From assembly GCA_002189035.1 (NCBI GenBank), contig CM007989.1, positions 1,488,001-1,552,000 on the forward strand: a DNA stretch of 64,000 bases, written 5' to 3'. Both the position numbers and the translations under genes were made by a program. This DNA comes from Utricularia gibba. Taxonomy: Eukaryota > Plantae > Magnoliophyta. The notes beneath the pieces were generated by a model. That model ran no database searches, was not told the DNA's origin, and saw nothing but the letters and a program-made list of their open reading frames with translations. Of this stretch, positions 54,268-64,000 are shown in pieces; position 1 is the first letter of the stretch; each line of letters begins with the position of its first letter.

Positions 54268-55007
54268 ACTCCGACCACATACCTCTCTATCCATCTCTGT
54301 CTCCAATTTGGTTTCAACTCCTCCACTTCCAAGTAATAATTAATCCATGTGTGTTGGTTTTTTTTTTTTTTTTTGACTTTGAAGATGCATTTCATGGATT
54401 CGGTGTATTGTATTCCTTGTCGCAAAGGATCTTGAAAGGAGCGAATTGCACTCCACATGTTATAAATTATATTACCGATGACATAAACTCGAAAATAATT
54501 CATTTATATAATAAATGCAATATATTAAAAATGATTTTATGTTAAATAAGGGTATCATAATTATCTACATATGATAAACAATGACATAAAAATCATAGAT
54601 AAGATATTTCAGTGATTTTTTTATTTAAGTCTTTATATATAGTGAAATATAAACCTATGTATTGAATGAAATTTTTTAATTATACTATAAATCATTACAT
54701 ATGAATATTTTAGCAATATCATATATAACATTCAATTGCAAACCCTTGTAATACGATAGATAATTCCTTTTTCAATACTATTTCTTATAAAATATAGTTA
54801 CATTTTTTAACTCATTCGTTTTGATGTAAATTAGTTTTATATACATTTAATATTGTATAAATTAAAACATGATATATAACATGTCATTTGTATTTATTTA
54901 TGTGGTATGGCGCCTGCTTGATCGTTACTTAAAATTACAGAGGGTGTGTGTGTGCTTGATCCATCTCCTTTATTCATTGGAGCTTTAGCGAAACCCGAGC
55001 TGGGGTT

Positions 55008-55354
55008 CTAGCGCATGCAGCACCGCGAGCACCTCTCGCGTTCCGCCGGGAAACGTTCACCGCAGCACCTGTAGCATCTCACGCGGGCCAGTATGAAGCA
55101 GGTGTAGGGACGACAAATGTCCACTCCCGACTGCTGGGTCTGGTACTCCGACTCGACTCCGATCTGGGCTGAATGCACTGTAAAAAGAAGAGCGTAAGCA
55201 CTTGGAAATTCTACATGGGGTTTATGGGAAAGGAACAGCAGACGAATGGCTCACATGGATCAACGAGAGTACCCTCCAGCTCTCCGGCGGAGGCGAGAGA
55301 GAATATCAGGAGCGCCGCCGCGGCGGAGAAGAGAAGCAGTAGCTTGGAATCCAT
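55008..55354 (-). CDS. 83-aa secreted cysteine-rich peptide precursor (8 Cys), 2 exons; family not recognised
   Basis: Exon 1 55273-55354, 95-nt GT-AG intron (phase 1, ending tttttacag), exon 2 55008-55177; 252 nt in total. Translation MDSKLLLLFSAAAALLIFSLASAGELEVHSAQIGVESEYQTQQSGVDICRPYTCFILARVRCYRCCGERFPAERERCSRCCMR*. Confidence 0.82.
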
Positions 55355-56709
55355 TTTGGGAGCTTCGTTGCAAGGGTTCATCCCTTTGTAGAAGGGCACA
55401 CGAATCGGAGCCCGACACCGAGTCAGGGATTGTGTGGACTGCTTTTGAGGTGTCCTTCCCGTGTCCTTCCGAGAGTCGAATTTTCTCCCCTACTTCTTTG
55501 ACTTGATCTGTCTATTCATCTCACTCCACAATTTTGAGCAATTTAATACATTATCTTAATATCAAACTGAACCATTTAATAGATTGGGATTTTTATACAA
55601 TTATTAAGTATAATTACATAAAATTCGGATTTTTTTAATTTTTATAAAAATAATTAATTCAAATCTAATTAATCGTAAACTCGAGTTAAAATTTAATGTT
55701 CAATGAATTTTAAAATACTGATTAATAAGTTTGTTACGACTTCACCCGAGTGGAAGAGCCCACCGTGACAAAAAAGGTTGGGGATAAGGCACACGACCCC
55801 ACCTGGTTCTTCACTGTCCAAACGGGGCTGGGCAGGCGGGCCTGATTATCGGATCAGCGCAGACCCATGCCCCTTTAAAAAATTAATTTCTATAATTTAA
55901 TATGAACATAATAATAGTAACATTATTATTATTTCTTTTTACGCTGAGCCTTCACCAGTATCCTCCTCCATCGAACCAAAGAAGACTAACTGCGGCAGCT
56001 TCGTCCTCAATAGATCCCACGAGCACTTTAGTTGATGTGCTAGCTGCAGAACTTTCTCGTGTCAAGATATTGGTGCCTAATAGGAGCAGAATGGTTAATT
56101 CCTTGGTTAATATTTAACCGGAATGCTCGTCTGAAGGTGAAAGTAGCAACCTTTTTACAGGCTTGTGGTTGCGGACAGAGTAAAAGTTAACACTTTTCAA
56201 CTGGTCCCAGATGCAGCAACTAGACGATGGTGTTAACATCCGTACGAGCTCAAGGCATCTCATCCACGTGCTTCATTCAAGCGACAACAGTTGTAGCTTT
56301 GATTCCCAACCTTAGAAAACATTATCTTCTGGAATGATTAATGCACTATGAGCATGTGGCGCTTTGGGGCTTTGCCCTACAATGGTTGGTGTGGGCTCTG
56401 TGATGTATTGAGGATGTAAAGTATTGCATTCATGGAAGACACACTGGGTTGGTCCAGTAAGCAATGCATGGGTGAAGGATTTTTCTGATAAGACTAACTA
56501 ATTATTCCCTTGAAAAAGACTAGATTCACTGCCAGAGCTGATCCAGAGTTTGGGGTCATGGAAGTTAGTGGGATTCCTCCCACGTGGTGTTGTTCCTCTT
56601 CCATACATTGCTCCTTCATGTACAACTTCCCATCACATACATTTGTTCACCTTGTTGCTCAAACCACCCCAAAACGCTTTGCCAGTTTCTGCATCCATTC
56701 TTATTCATC

Positions 56710-58841
56710 ATGTGGGATTCTGATGCCGAATCCGCTTTGGCTGCTGTCCCCTGGAGGAAAACAGATTGTTTCGAGCAAAAAGGACATTCATGGTATGTGG
56801 CTTGCTTGTCTTCTGGTGTTTGTTTTTTTAAAGTTTTTTGAACGTGGAATGTTGAGCAGGTATGTTGCAAGTGACACTCCCAGTGACTTGTTAGTTCAGA
56901 TTGGGGATACTGGTTTTCATGTGCACAAGGTAATTGAAGAAACTTCAACTATATATCATCAGATTATTATTATTTTTTTCTGTTTCTTTGATTTGATGCC
57001 CATGTTTTCTGCTAGTATCCTCTTATTTCTCGAAGCGGCAAGATGCACCGGATTGTTTCTGAATCCGGTGATACAGAGCTAAACAAGGTAACTCTCCATG
57101 ATCTTCCGGGAGGAGCTGAGGCATTTGAGCTTGTTGCAAGGTTCTGTTACGGGATGGCAGTCGAGTTAACTGCAACCAACATCTCTGCATTGCGATGCGC
57201 AGCAGAGTTTTTGGAAATGACAGAGGAATTGGAGGAGGGAAACTTGATATTCAAAACGGAAGCTTTTCTAAGCTATGTAGTGTTGTCTTCATGGAGGGAC
57301 TGTGTCGTGGTCTTGAAAAGCTGTGAGGATCTATCTCCTTTGGCGGAGAATCTTCAGATTGTCCGAAGATGTAGTGAGGCCATTGCTTGGAAAGCATGCT
57401 CTGATCCAAAAGAGATAAAATGGCAGTACACCGGAAAGGCGGCGAGGCTGGCTTCAAATGCGAAGTGGATGGACGAGACGGAATCGAGTCCAGGACAAGC
57501 TCCGACGGACTGGTGGTTCAATGATGTGTCGATCTTGAGAATTGATCACTTTGTGAGGGTGATCACAGCTATCAAGTTGAAGGGGATGAGGAATAAGGTC
57601 ATAGGAGATGCGATCATGCATTATGCTAGCAAATGGCTGCCAGGTGATTTGGGTGTTGTCACGACCGACCGGAGCTTCAACAGGAGCACCAGTGAGCGGC
57701 ATACAATCACGGCAGGGCCAGCTCTCGACAACGATGACTTAGCAGCACGAGCCAAAGAATGGAAGCACATTGCAGAGAGCTTAATCTGCATTATCCCCTG
57801 TCACAAGGACACCGTCCCCTGTAGTTTCTTGCTGAAACTTGTCCGGATTTCCGGGTTTTTGAAGGTGGCGCCGGCATTGGTAACGGAGTTAGAGAAATGG
57901 ATCGGAACCCAGCTGGATGAAGCGACACTATCAGACTTGCTCATCCCCTGTTGCAACAAGACCGATACATTGTATGATGTTGATCTTGTCCAAAGACTGT
58001 TGGAGAGTTTCCTAACGGAACATTCCGAGAGCCGGCGCACCAGCCCCGACTCCGGCTGCCTCGAAAAAACAATGAGCGCGAAGGCATACATCAGAGTTGC
58101 AAGGCTTGTAGACAGCTACCTCACAGAGGTAGCCAGTGACATAAACCTCTCCCTCACCAAGTTCCAAGTTATCGCAGAGGCAATGCCGGGATCGGCTCGA
58201 ATCTGCGACGACGGACTCTACCAAGCTGTTGACTCCTACCTCAAGGTGAGCAATCAATCTTCTCTTCAAAATGAAAAGCTTGGTTTTTTTTTTTTTTTTT
58301 AGCTTAGATTTTGGTGTAGGCTCATCCGAACATGACAGATCATGAAAGGAAGATGATCTGCAAGGTGCTCAACTGTGAAAAGCTATCAGTCGATGCCTGT
58401 CTGCACATTGCACAGAATGAGCGTTTGCCGCTGAGAGTCGTGGTTCAGGTGCTCATGGCGGAGATTCTTAAAGCAACGACTTCACCACCCAGCTACAACA
58501 GTGGAGAATCAAAAAGCCAGCAACTGATTATGAATCGGAGGATGCTGCTGGACGAGACGCCGCCGTCCTTTCAGGCGGATTGGGAAGCCGCCAAGAAAGA
58601 CATTAGCACACTGAAATTTGAAGTGCAGACACTGAAAACAACCTGTTTCGAGTTGCAGAATGCTTTGGAAGCAATGCAGAGACCTGGGTCTGGGGACCAT
58701 AAGCCGGTGAAGCCCAAATGGAGTATGGGTTGGATGAAGCTCGGGAAGACCTCAAAGGCGACGCCTGAAAACCGTGTCCAAGGCGGCACCATGGAGACGC
58801 AGACCAAGAAGGCTCATCGGAGGAGGTATTCAATTTCGTGA
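56710..58841 (+). CDS. BTB/POZ-NPH3 (NRL) family protein, At1g03010/SETH6-like, 4 exons
   Basis: MWDSDAES...FEQKGHSW|YVASDTPSDLLVQIG...HK|YPLISRSGKM, LPGGAEAFELVARFCYG, DWWFNDV, DDGLYQAVDSYLK|AHP, HIAQNERLPLRVVVQVL; C-terminal RRRYSIS fits the RxSxS 14-3-3 motif of NRL proteins. Confidence 0.93.
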
Positions 58842-59570
58842 TCGAAGTATCGTCTTGTTTCACGTACAAGATATTCAGACAAAACGTCAAGCCGTTATTT
58901 CGCGGACCAAACAAACCAGGGACCACAGAAACACATCCACACGTTAAAATATAATATTAACATTTGTAATTTTTGTTTATATATATTTTAATAATATTAT
59001 ATAAAAAATTAATTATGTTTAATAATAATTATTATAAATACAACTATATTTTTAATGTTTATATAAAATTATTTTTACTATTTTATCGAATAAAATAAAA
59101 GTAATAGCATATGAATTTCAATTGAATAAAATAAAATAATAATATTCGTTAAGACCCTTGGGCCTACACCACTGACCCATCCTTCTCACGGGCCACGGGT
59201 CGTATCTGGGCCGTTTTTCTCATATCAGGGTTCAATTTTCCAGTGTTTGAGATCGTTAAATACAGTAAACATTTCCTCATGAAATATTAATTAGGAAGAA
59301 TCGGGATGTATTATAAATTTGACCACCATCTTTTAACTATGTGAAAAAAATGATCATCTTATATGTAAAATTTTGAATGTAAGAAAAATATTCGATGACC
59401 ATTTTTTTTAAATGATCGGAAATCAAAGAAGGGAGTTGTGTCTCCCTTGTGGGATGTTGTAATAGCAGGGTTGAGCACATACCGGGAGATTGATTAGGTT
59501 CATCTTCAAAAGTTGATGTTTTGCATCACAAGAAAGTACAGAAGGGAAGATGCTGTTTATGCGCAGCTTC

Positions 59571-60417
59571 TCAAGCAGCTTCTGGTTTGAGAGTGATGAC
59601 TACATTGTCATGGACTCCCTGCAGCAGTAGCTCACCGTCATATGAAACAACTTTACGCTTCTTGGCGGCGCGCAGGGTTCCCACTAAAGCCTCGAATATG
59701 TTTGCGCACCTATCGTCGTGGAAGAGCTCACCAAAGGTCACCTGTGCAAATGAGCAAAAGCTTGATCATCGAAGTATTGGGAGGAACAAGGAGCACAAGT
59801 TCGATCCCCTTCAGGGGAACTGTCTTTACACTAACTGGATAGAGAGGCAGAGTTAATCTCGTTACAGGAAATTTATGACCAGCAGATAGGACTTAGAGAG
59901 AGTGATCAATGTACAAAAACTCACTGAATACGATTACTGCAAATTTAGCAGTGACCAACTAGATGCATCAAACACACACCTGAGGCAGAAAGCATCAGAT
60001 CAATGGAAACCGTCTCAGATTAAAAGCGTGGTTTAAGCTCAAGTATGAGTGAAATAAATTTCTCAGACACTAATCCGAGTTTAGCATGAGCTTAGGAACA
60101 GCTAATGCAGTTGAGTCGAATTTCAGAAACGAATCCTTTTCAGTGAAAATGTTCCGCCCATCTAAGATTGTTGTGCATATTACTTCGTCAATTGATCTAT
60201 CCGCACCCTTATTTCTCCACATAGATCACAAATCGTCGAGCCCAGAAAAGGCAAATCAAAGGTCGGTAAATCGAGGGGAACGGGGCACCTGGCATCGCTG
60301 AAATCAACGAATTAACGACAAGAATCAAATCTAAACCTGGTGGGAGCCATCATCTTGAGGCTTTCCGAGACGCAAGATCTCCTCTTTCAACCGACCCACT
60401 TCTTCTTCGACGTTCAT
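59571..60417 (-). CDS. Costars family protein (ABRACL-like), 83 aa, 2 exons
   Basis: Exons 60337-60417 and 59571-59741: MNVEEEVGRLKEEILRLGKPQDDGSHQ|VTFGELFHDDRCANIFEALVGTLRAAKKRKVVSYDGELLLQGVHDNVVITLKPEAA*. Not present as an ORF in the track. Confidence 0.95.
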
Positions 60418-60917
60418 GATCTCAATTCAGACGACACCACCTGCACGGAATGCGAAAAGCAGTTGGGTTTCCCTGGAGAAGCTGAATCGTGGATGGAGCA
60501 CACCATCAATATCGTAAAAAAAAAAAAAATCTCATTTTCTAAAATAATTTTAGGGTATTTTTTGCATAACTTATTACAGTAAATTTTTTTTTTAAAAAAA
60601 CAGAATGTAAACTAAATGATTTGATACACTTATTCAAGTCAATAATGAGATTCTTTTATCCATTCCTAATCAACCCTAGAAACAAGAGGGAGATGTAAAA
60701 TTCAACTTCAAAGAATGTATTTTCTTTTTTAAAAAATAAAAATAATTTTATCATGTCATTATAAATAACAAAATTTAGTTATACAAACCAATCCTAAATC
60801 TAGCCCAATGCAACTACTCATCAAGAAAAACAATGTGCCCAATGCAACCAAACGAGCCCAAACAGTTTGTTCGGAGCAATTAATGAGCCGGTGGCGTGCT
60901 GGAAATTTCCGTCCGGC

Positions 60918-60966
60918 CACGTGGACGAGATGATGTCGGGGGATCATCTTTTTGTGTCGCCACGTG
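60918..60966. promoter_or_regulatory. Two GCCACGTG G-boxes between Costars and the CYP72 gene
   Basis: CACGTG at 60918-60923 and 60961-60966, each preceded by GC, about 300 bp upstream of the P450 ATG. Confidence 0.55.
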
Positions 60967-61257
60967 CTAAAACATCCTGCCCGTGGCTCTAAATAGCAAG
61001 AAGATAACAAATCCAAATTGGGAGGGGATCCGGGATTTTTTTTAATTCTTCTTTTTAATAGGAAAAAAATAAATATAACCTTGTCGGCTTTGAATGTTCA
61101 AAGGGGGTGTCTTATCCGCCCCTTACTTTGAATATTCTAACAACATTTTTTGTGCATTTTATAATTGTGCTTAATGAACTTCGTTCTGAGCCTGAGGCGT
61201 GCCTCGGTACTTATTTATACGCCCTGCAGCGCCAAGCGAGAAGAACAGTGCAGAGCA

Positions 61258-63118
61258 ATGGCGCAGATAGTGTCGCTTCACTGCGATTGGAGCTATCTGT
61301 TCTACGGGATGCTCTTCTTCGTCGGAGTGTGTGTGTGGCGATTCTTCAACTGGGCTTGGCTGCAGCCCCTCCGCATGGAGCTGTTCCTCCGCCGCCAGGG
61401 GTTGAAGGGGAACCCGTACCGTTTTGTTGTCGGCGACACAGAGGAGATCGCCGAGATGTACGCCAAGGCCAACTCCACCACGATTGGTATCGCCGATGAT
61501 ATCACGCCTCGGATCATGCCCTTCATTGAAAAGACGGTCACAACATACGGTGAGGAGCTGCACTCTCATACCCTGTTCTAAATTGGCAGAATTGGCTAGA
61601 AATTTGGATTCGGTATGGTTTTTTCTGGGATATAATGGAACTTGGAACAGGGACGAACGCGTTTGCGTGGATTGGACCGACGGCCCGGATTATCATATCG
61701 GAGCCGGAGCTGGTTAAGATTGTAGTCAACAAGCACAGGATCATTCAGAAGAACTTCAAGCTTGCCAGCGAGATCATCCGTCTGGTGCTCTGCGGCCTCA
61801 TCTTCTACGAGGGAGATGAGTGGAGCAAGTCTAGAAAGAAGCTCAACCCTGCTTTTAATATGGAAAAATTGAAGGTAATCAATCAAGGGTCATCTCTATG
61901 ACCACAGATTTATGGCGGAACTTGAATTGCTTTTTGTCTGCTTAAACAGCAAATGGTTCCGCTGGTGCAACGATGCTCGGACAGGATTCTGGATCAGTGG
62001 AAGGAGAAGATGGACTCCAAAGATGGCTCTGGGTGGTGGAAGTTTTGCACTATCTCCATGACTTGAGTGGCTCCATGACTACTGAAGCTCTGTTCCACGT
62101 TCCCTTCACCGACGAAATGCGACTGAATTTGAAGTATCTCAGAGACATCACCATCCTCGCTAGCAACGAATCGAAGCCATTCAGCTTTCCAGGATCGCAG
62201 TTCTTGCCATCTAAAACAAAGACGAAGGCGAAGCAGATGGAGAAGCATGTCAGAGAATCGTTCATGAAGATCATCAATCAACGGATTAAAGATAGGAAAG
62301 CGAACAGCAACACGGAAGAAGTAGAAGAAGACTTGCTTGATCTTTTCCTTGATGAATTGTATCATGAACCCGGGAAGAAGCTGAGCGCCAGAGAAGAGAA
62401 GAGGATCCTGGAGGAAGCCATGGCTCAGTGCAAAGTTTTTAGTTTTGCGGGTTTGGACACCACATCGACACTGGTGGTATGGACGATGATCAGTCTCGCT
62501 ATTCATCAGGACTGGCAGGCTCGTGCTAGAGAAGAGGTCATCAGTGTCGTCGGAGATCAGAAGAATTTAACCAGCGATATTCTCGGACGGCTAAAAATCG
62601 TAACTTTAACCAACTTTTCTCCTCTGTGTATGCTGGCCCAATGCTTTGGAAGGTGGCTTACTTGTCTGAGTCTGTTTGGCAGGTGACAATGGTTTTGAAT
62701 GAAGTGCTCCGCCTTTATCCGGCGACGATGGAGCTTTCGCGGGTGGCGGAGGAGGATTTCCAGCTGGGGAGCCTCCTAATTCCAAAGGGCGTCTTGGTAC
62801 AGATTCCGATCGCCCTTCTCCACCGGCGAACTGACATCTGGGGCAGCGACGCAAATGAGTTCCGGCCGGAGAGGTTCGCGGACGGCGTGATGAAAGCGAC
62901 CAACGGATATGGGGCGGCGGCTTTCATGCCGTTCAGCTTTGGCCCCAGGGTCTGCATCGGCCAGAACTTCGCACTTCTGGAAGCGAAAGTGTTCGTAGCG
63001 CAGCTGCTGCGGACCTTCACCTTCGAGCTCGGCCCGGCTACAAGCACGCGCCTTGCGCCGACTTCATGGTCCACCCCAGCACGGTGCGCCGCTGCTGCTC
63101 CGAAGGATCTCGACTTGA
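61258..63118 (+). CDS. Cytochrome P450, CYP72A-like, divergent, 4 exons; three apparent 1-bp frameshifts (62031-62033, 63033-63037, 63074-63077)
   Basis: WAWLQPLRMELFLRRQGLKGNPYRF, EGDEWSKSRKKLNPAFNMEKLK, CKVFSFAGLDTTS, WQARAREEV, EVLRLYP, FRPERF, FSFGPRVCIGQNFA. Restoring the bases gives the CYP72-type ending GPGYKHAP...HPQHGAPLLLRRIST*. Confidence 0.88.
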
Positions 63119-63752
63119 TCCCATCTTGCTTCTCAATTCAAATCTAGTGGTCGTAAAGCTTCTGTTTTCTGCTCTCATCTTTGTTTAGTTTAAAATTTAA
63201 TTTTTAAAAAAAAAAATTAGTAGAATTGCCAAAAATTTCAACTTTAATTTGTATACTTTCATTAATGAAAATACACAAAATATTATGCTATTAGTATTGA
63301 ATATACTAATAGAAGATGTCATCACTAATATGCTTTTAAAAGAGGGGAACCTCACGTGCGCTATCACGCATTGGACACGTCATTCTCAACTAGAATATGA
63401 CACGTGTTTGAATATGGTGTGGTTGAATGATCAAGAAACGCGGTGCGACATCGAACAGCAGGAGTGCAAAATCGAAACCAAGGCATGAAATGCTTGTAGG
63501 AGGAAGGGGACTTGGGATAGATACGATGATCTCTCGGTTGTTAACTCCTCTTACAAGAGGAAAAGAGAAAGAAAAGGGTGCAGATGTGGACAAGAAACGC
63601 CTGTGAGCAGCAGCATCACAAGAATACAAACTGTTGTGATGGCGATGGACTTTTAGGTAATTTTCATAGGCGCGTGCGTGGCTCGGAGTGTATGGCTTCC
63701 CTAGAAGGCGGGATTATATTTAGGGCCTTCTATTTGCTGCTCCTGCTGCTGT

Positions 63753-64000
63753 TCATTCCCTTTTTTCTGGGTTCGGTTGTTTTTGCTTGTGAGGCGCAGG
63801 TATGGAGACTGATTTACTGTTGGATTTCTCTGTAATGTTTAATGTTTGGGACGAGGAAATGAAATGGGTTGAAGCCATCCCATGTACAGGAGGAATATGG
63901 GATTCCGTTGTTGTTTTTTCCTCTGTTTTAGACTTTTCTTTGCGCAATTCTAGAATCTTCATCTTCCCGTGAAGCCAGAGTCTCCTTCTTTCATGGGTAT
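63753..64000 (-). CDS. Possible 3' coding exon of a gene extending beyond the right edge; product unknown
   Basis: The frame is open from the window edge to a stop at 63753: THERRRLWLHGKMKILELRKEKSKTEEK...KQKQPNPEKRE*. Composition looks coding but I recognise no family. Confidence 0.35.
   Translation of the reverse strand, partial: THERRRLWLHGKMKILELRKEKSKTEEKTTTESHIPPVHGMASTHFISSSQTLNITEKSNSKSVSIPAPHKQKQPNPEKRE

Noticed and set aside
53926-54545. Long overlapping ORFs on both strands around the AG-peptide gene
   Set aside because: Shadow frames of a GC-rich, repetitive CDS; only 54034-54267 has a coherent signal-peptide and anchor architecture.
55211-55399. 62-aa ORF with C-terminal DPCEPFVCCSF as listed in the track
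   Set aside because: It reads into the intron; the spliced product is the better model.
62440-62470. AGLDTT instead of AGxETT in the P450 I-helix
   Set aside because: The (A/G)Gx(D/E)T consensus allows Asp, so this is not unusual on its own.

Overview
Eukaryotic nuclear DNA from a dicot with an exceptionally compact genome: 24 recognisable spliced protein-coding genes (plus a possible 25th running off the right edge) in 64 kb, short introns and no intact transposon. The density and protein style suggest Lamiales, possibly Lentibulariaceae (inference only). Genes in order: SUVH1/3-like (5' end), RPD1-like PORR, DUF7036-type HRGP-like membrane protein, MPP-alpha, PI4K-gamma, NPF3-like, MED26-like, F-box, RSRC2-like, PPR, MAP70, a 60-aa membrane microprotein, FCP1/HAD-like, NUDT16-like, ARGOS/OSR-like, MenA/ABC4, GH10 xylanase, MCM9, RIBA1, AG-peptide-like, an 8-cysteine secreted peptide, an NPH3/BTB protein, Costars and a CYP72-clan P450. 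Main observations: (1) an intron-split secreted peptide with a Cx4Cx7Cx2CCx10Cx2CC framework that the ORF track misses and that I cannot assign to a known family; (2) two U12-type introns in MCM9, one with a rare GC donor; (3) ten apparent 1-bp deletions in seven genes, all at G/C runs, most likely assembly error, which hide or truncate genes; (4) several cis-element clusters (HSE, MSA, G-box/CE3, site II) and uORFs in the PI4K-gamma leader. All translations and exon boundaries were read by hand; no database search was run.
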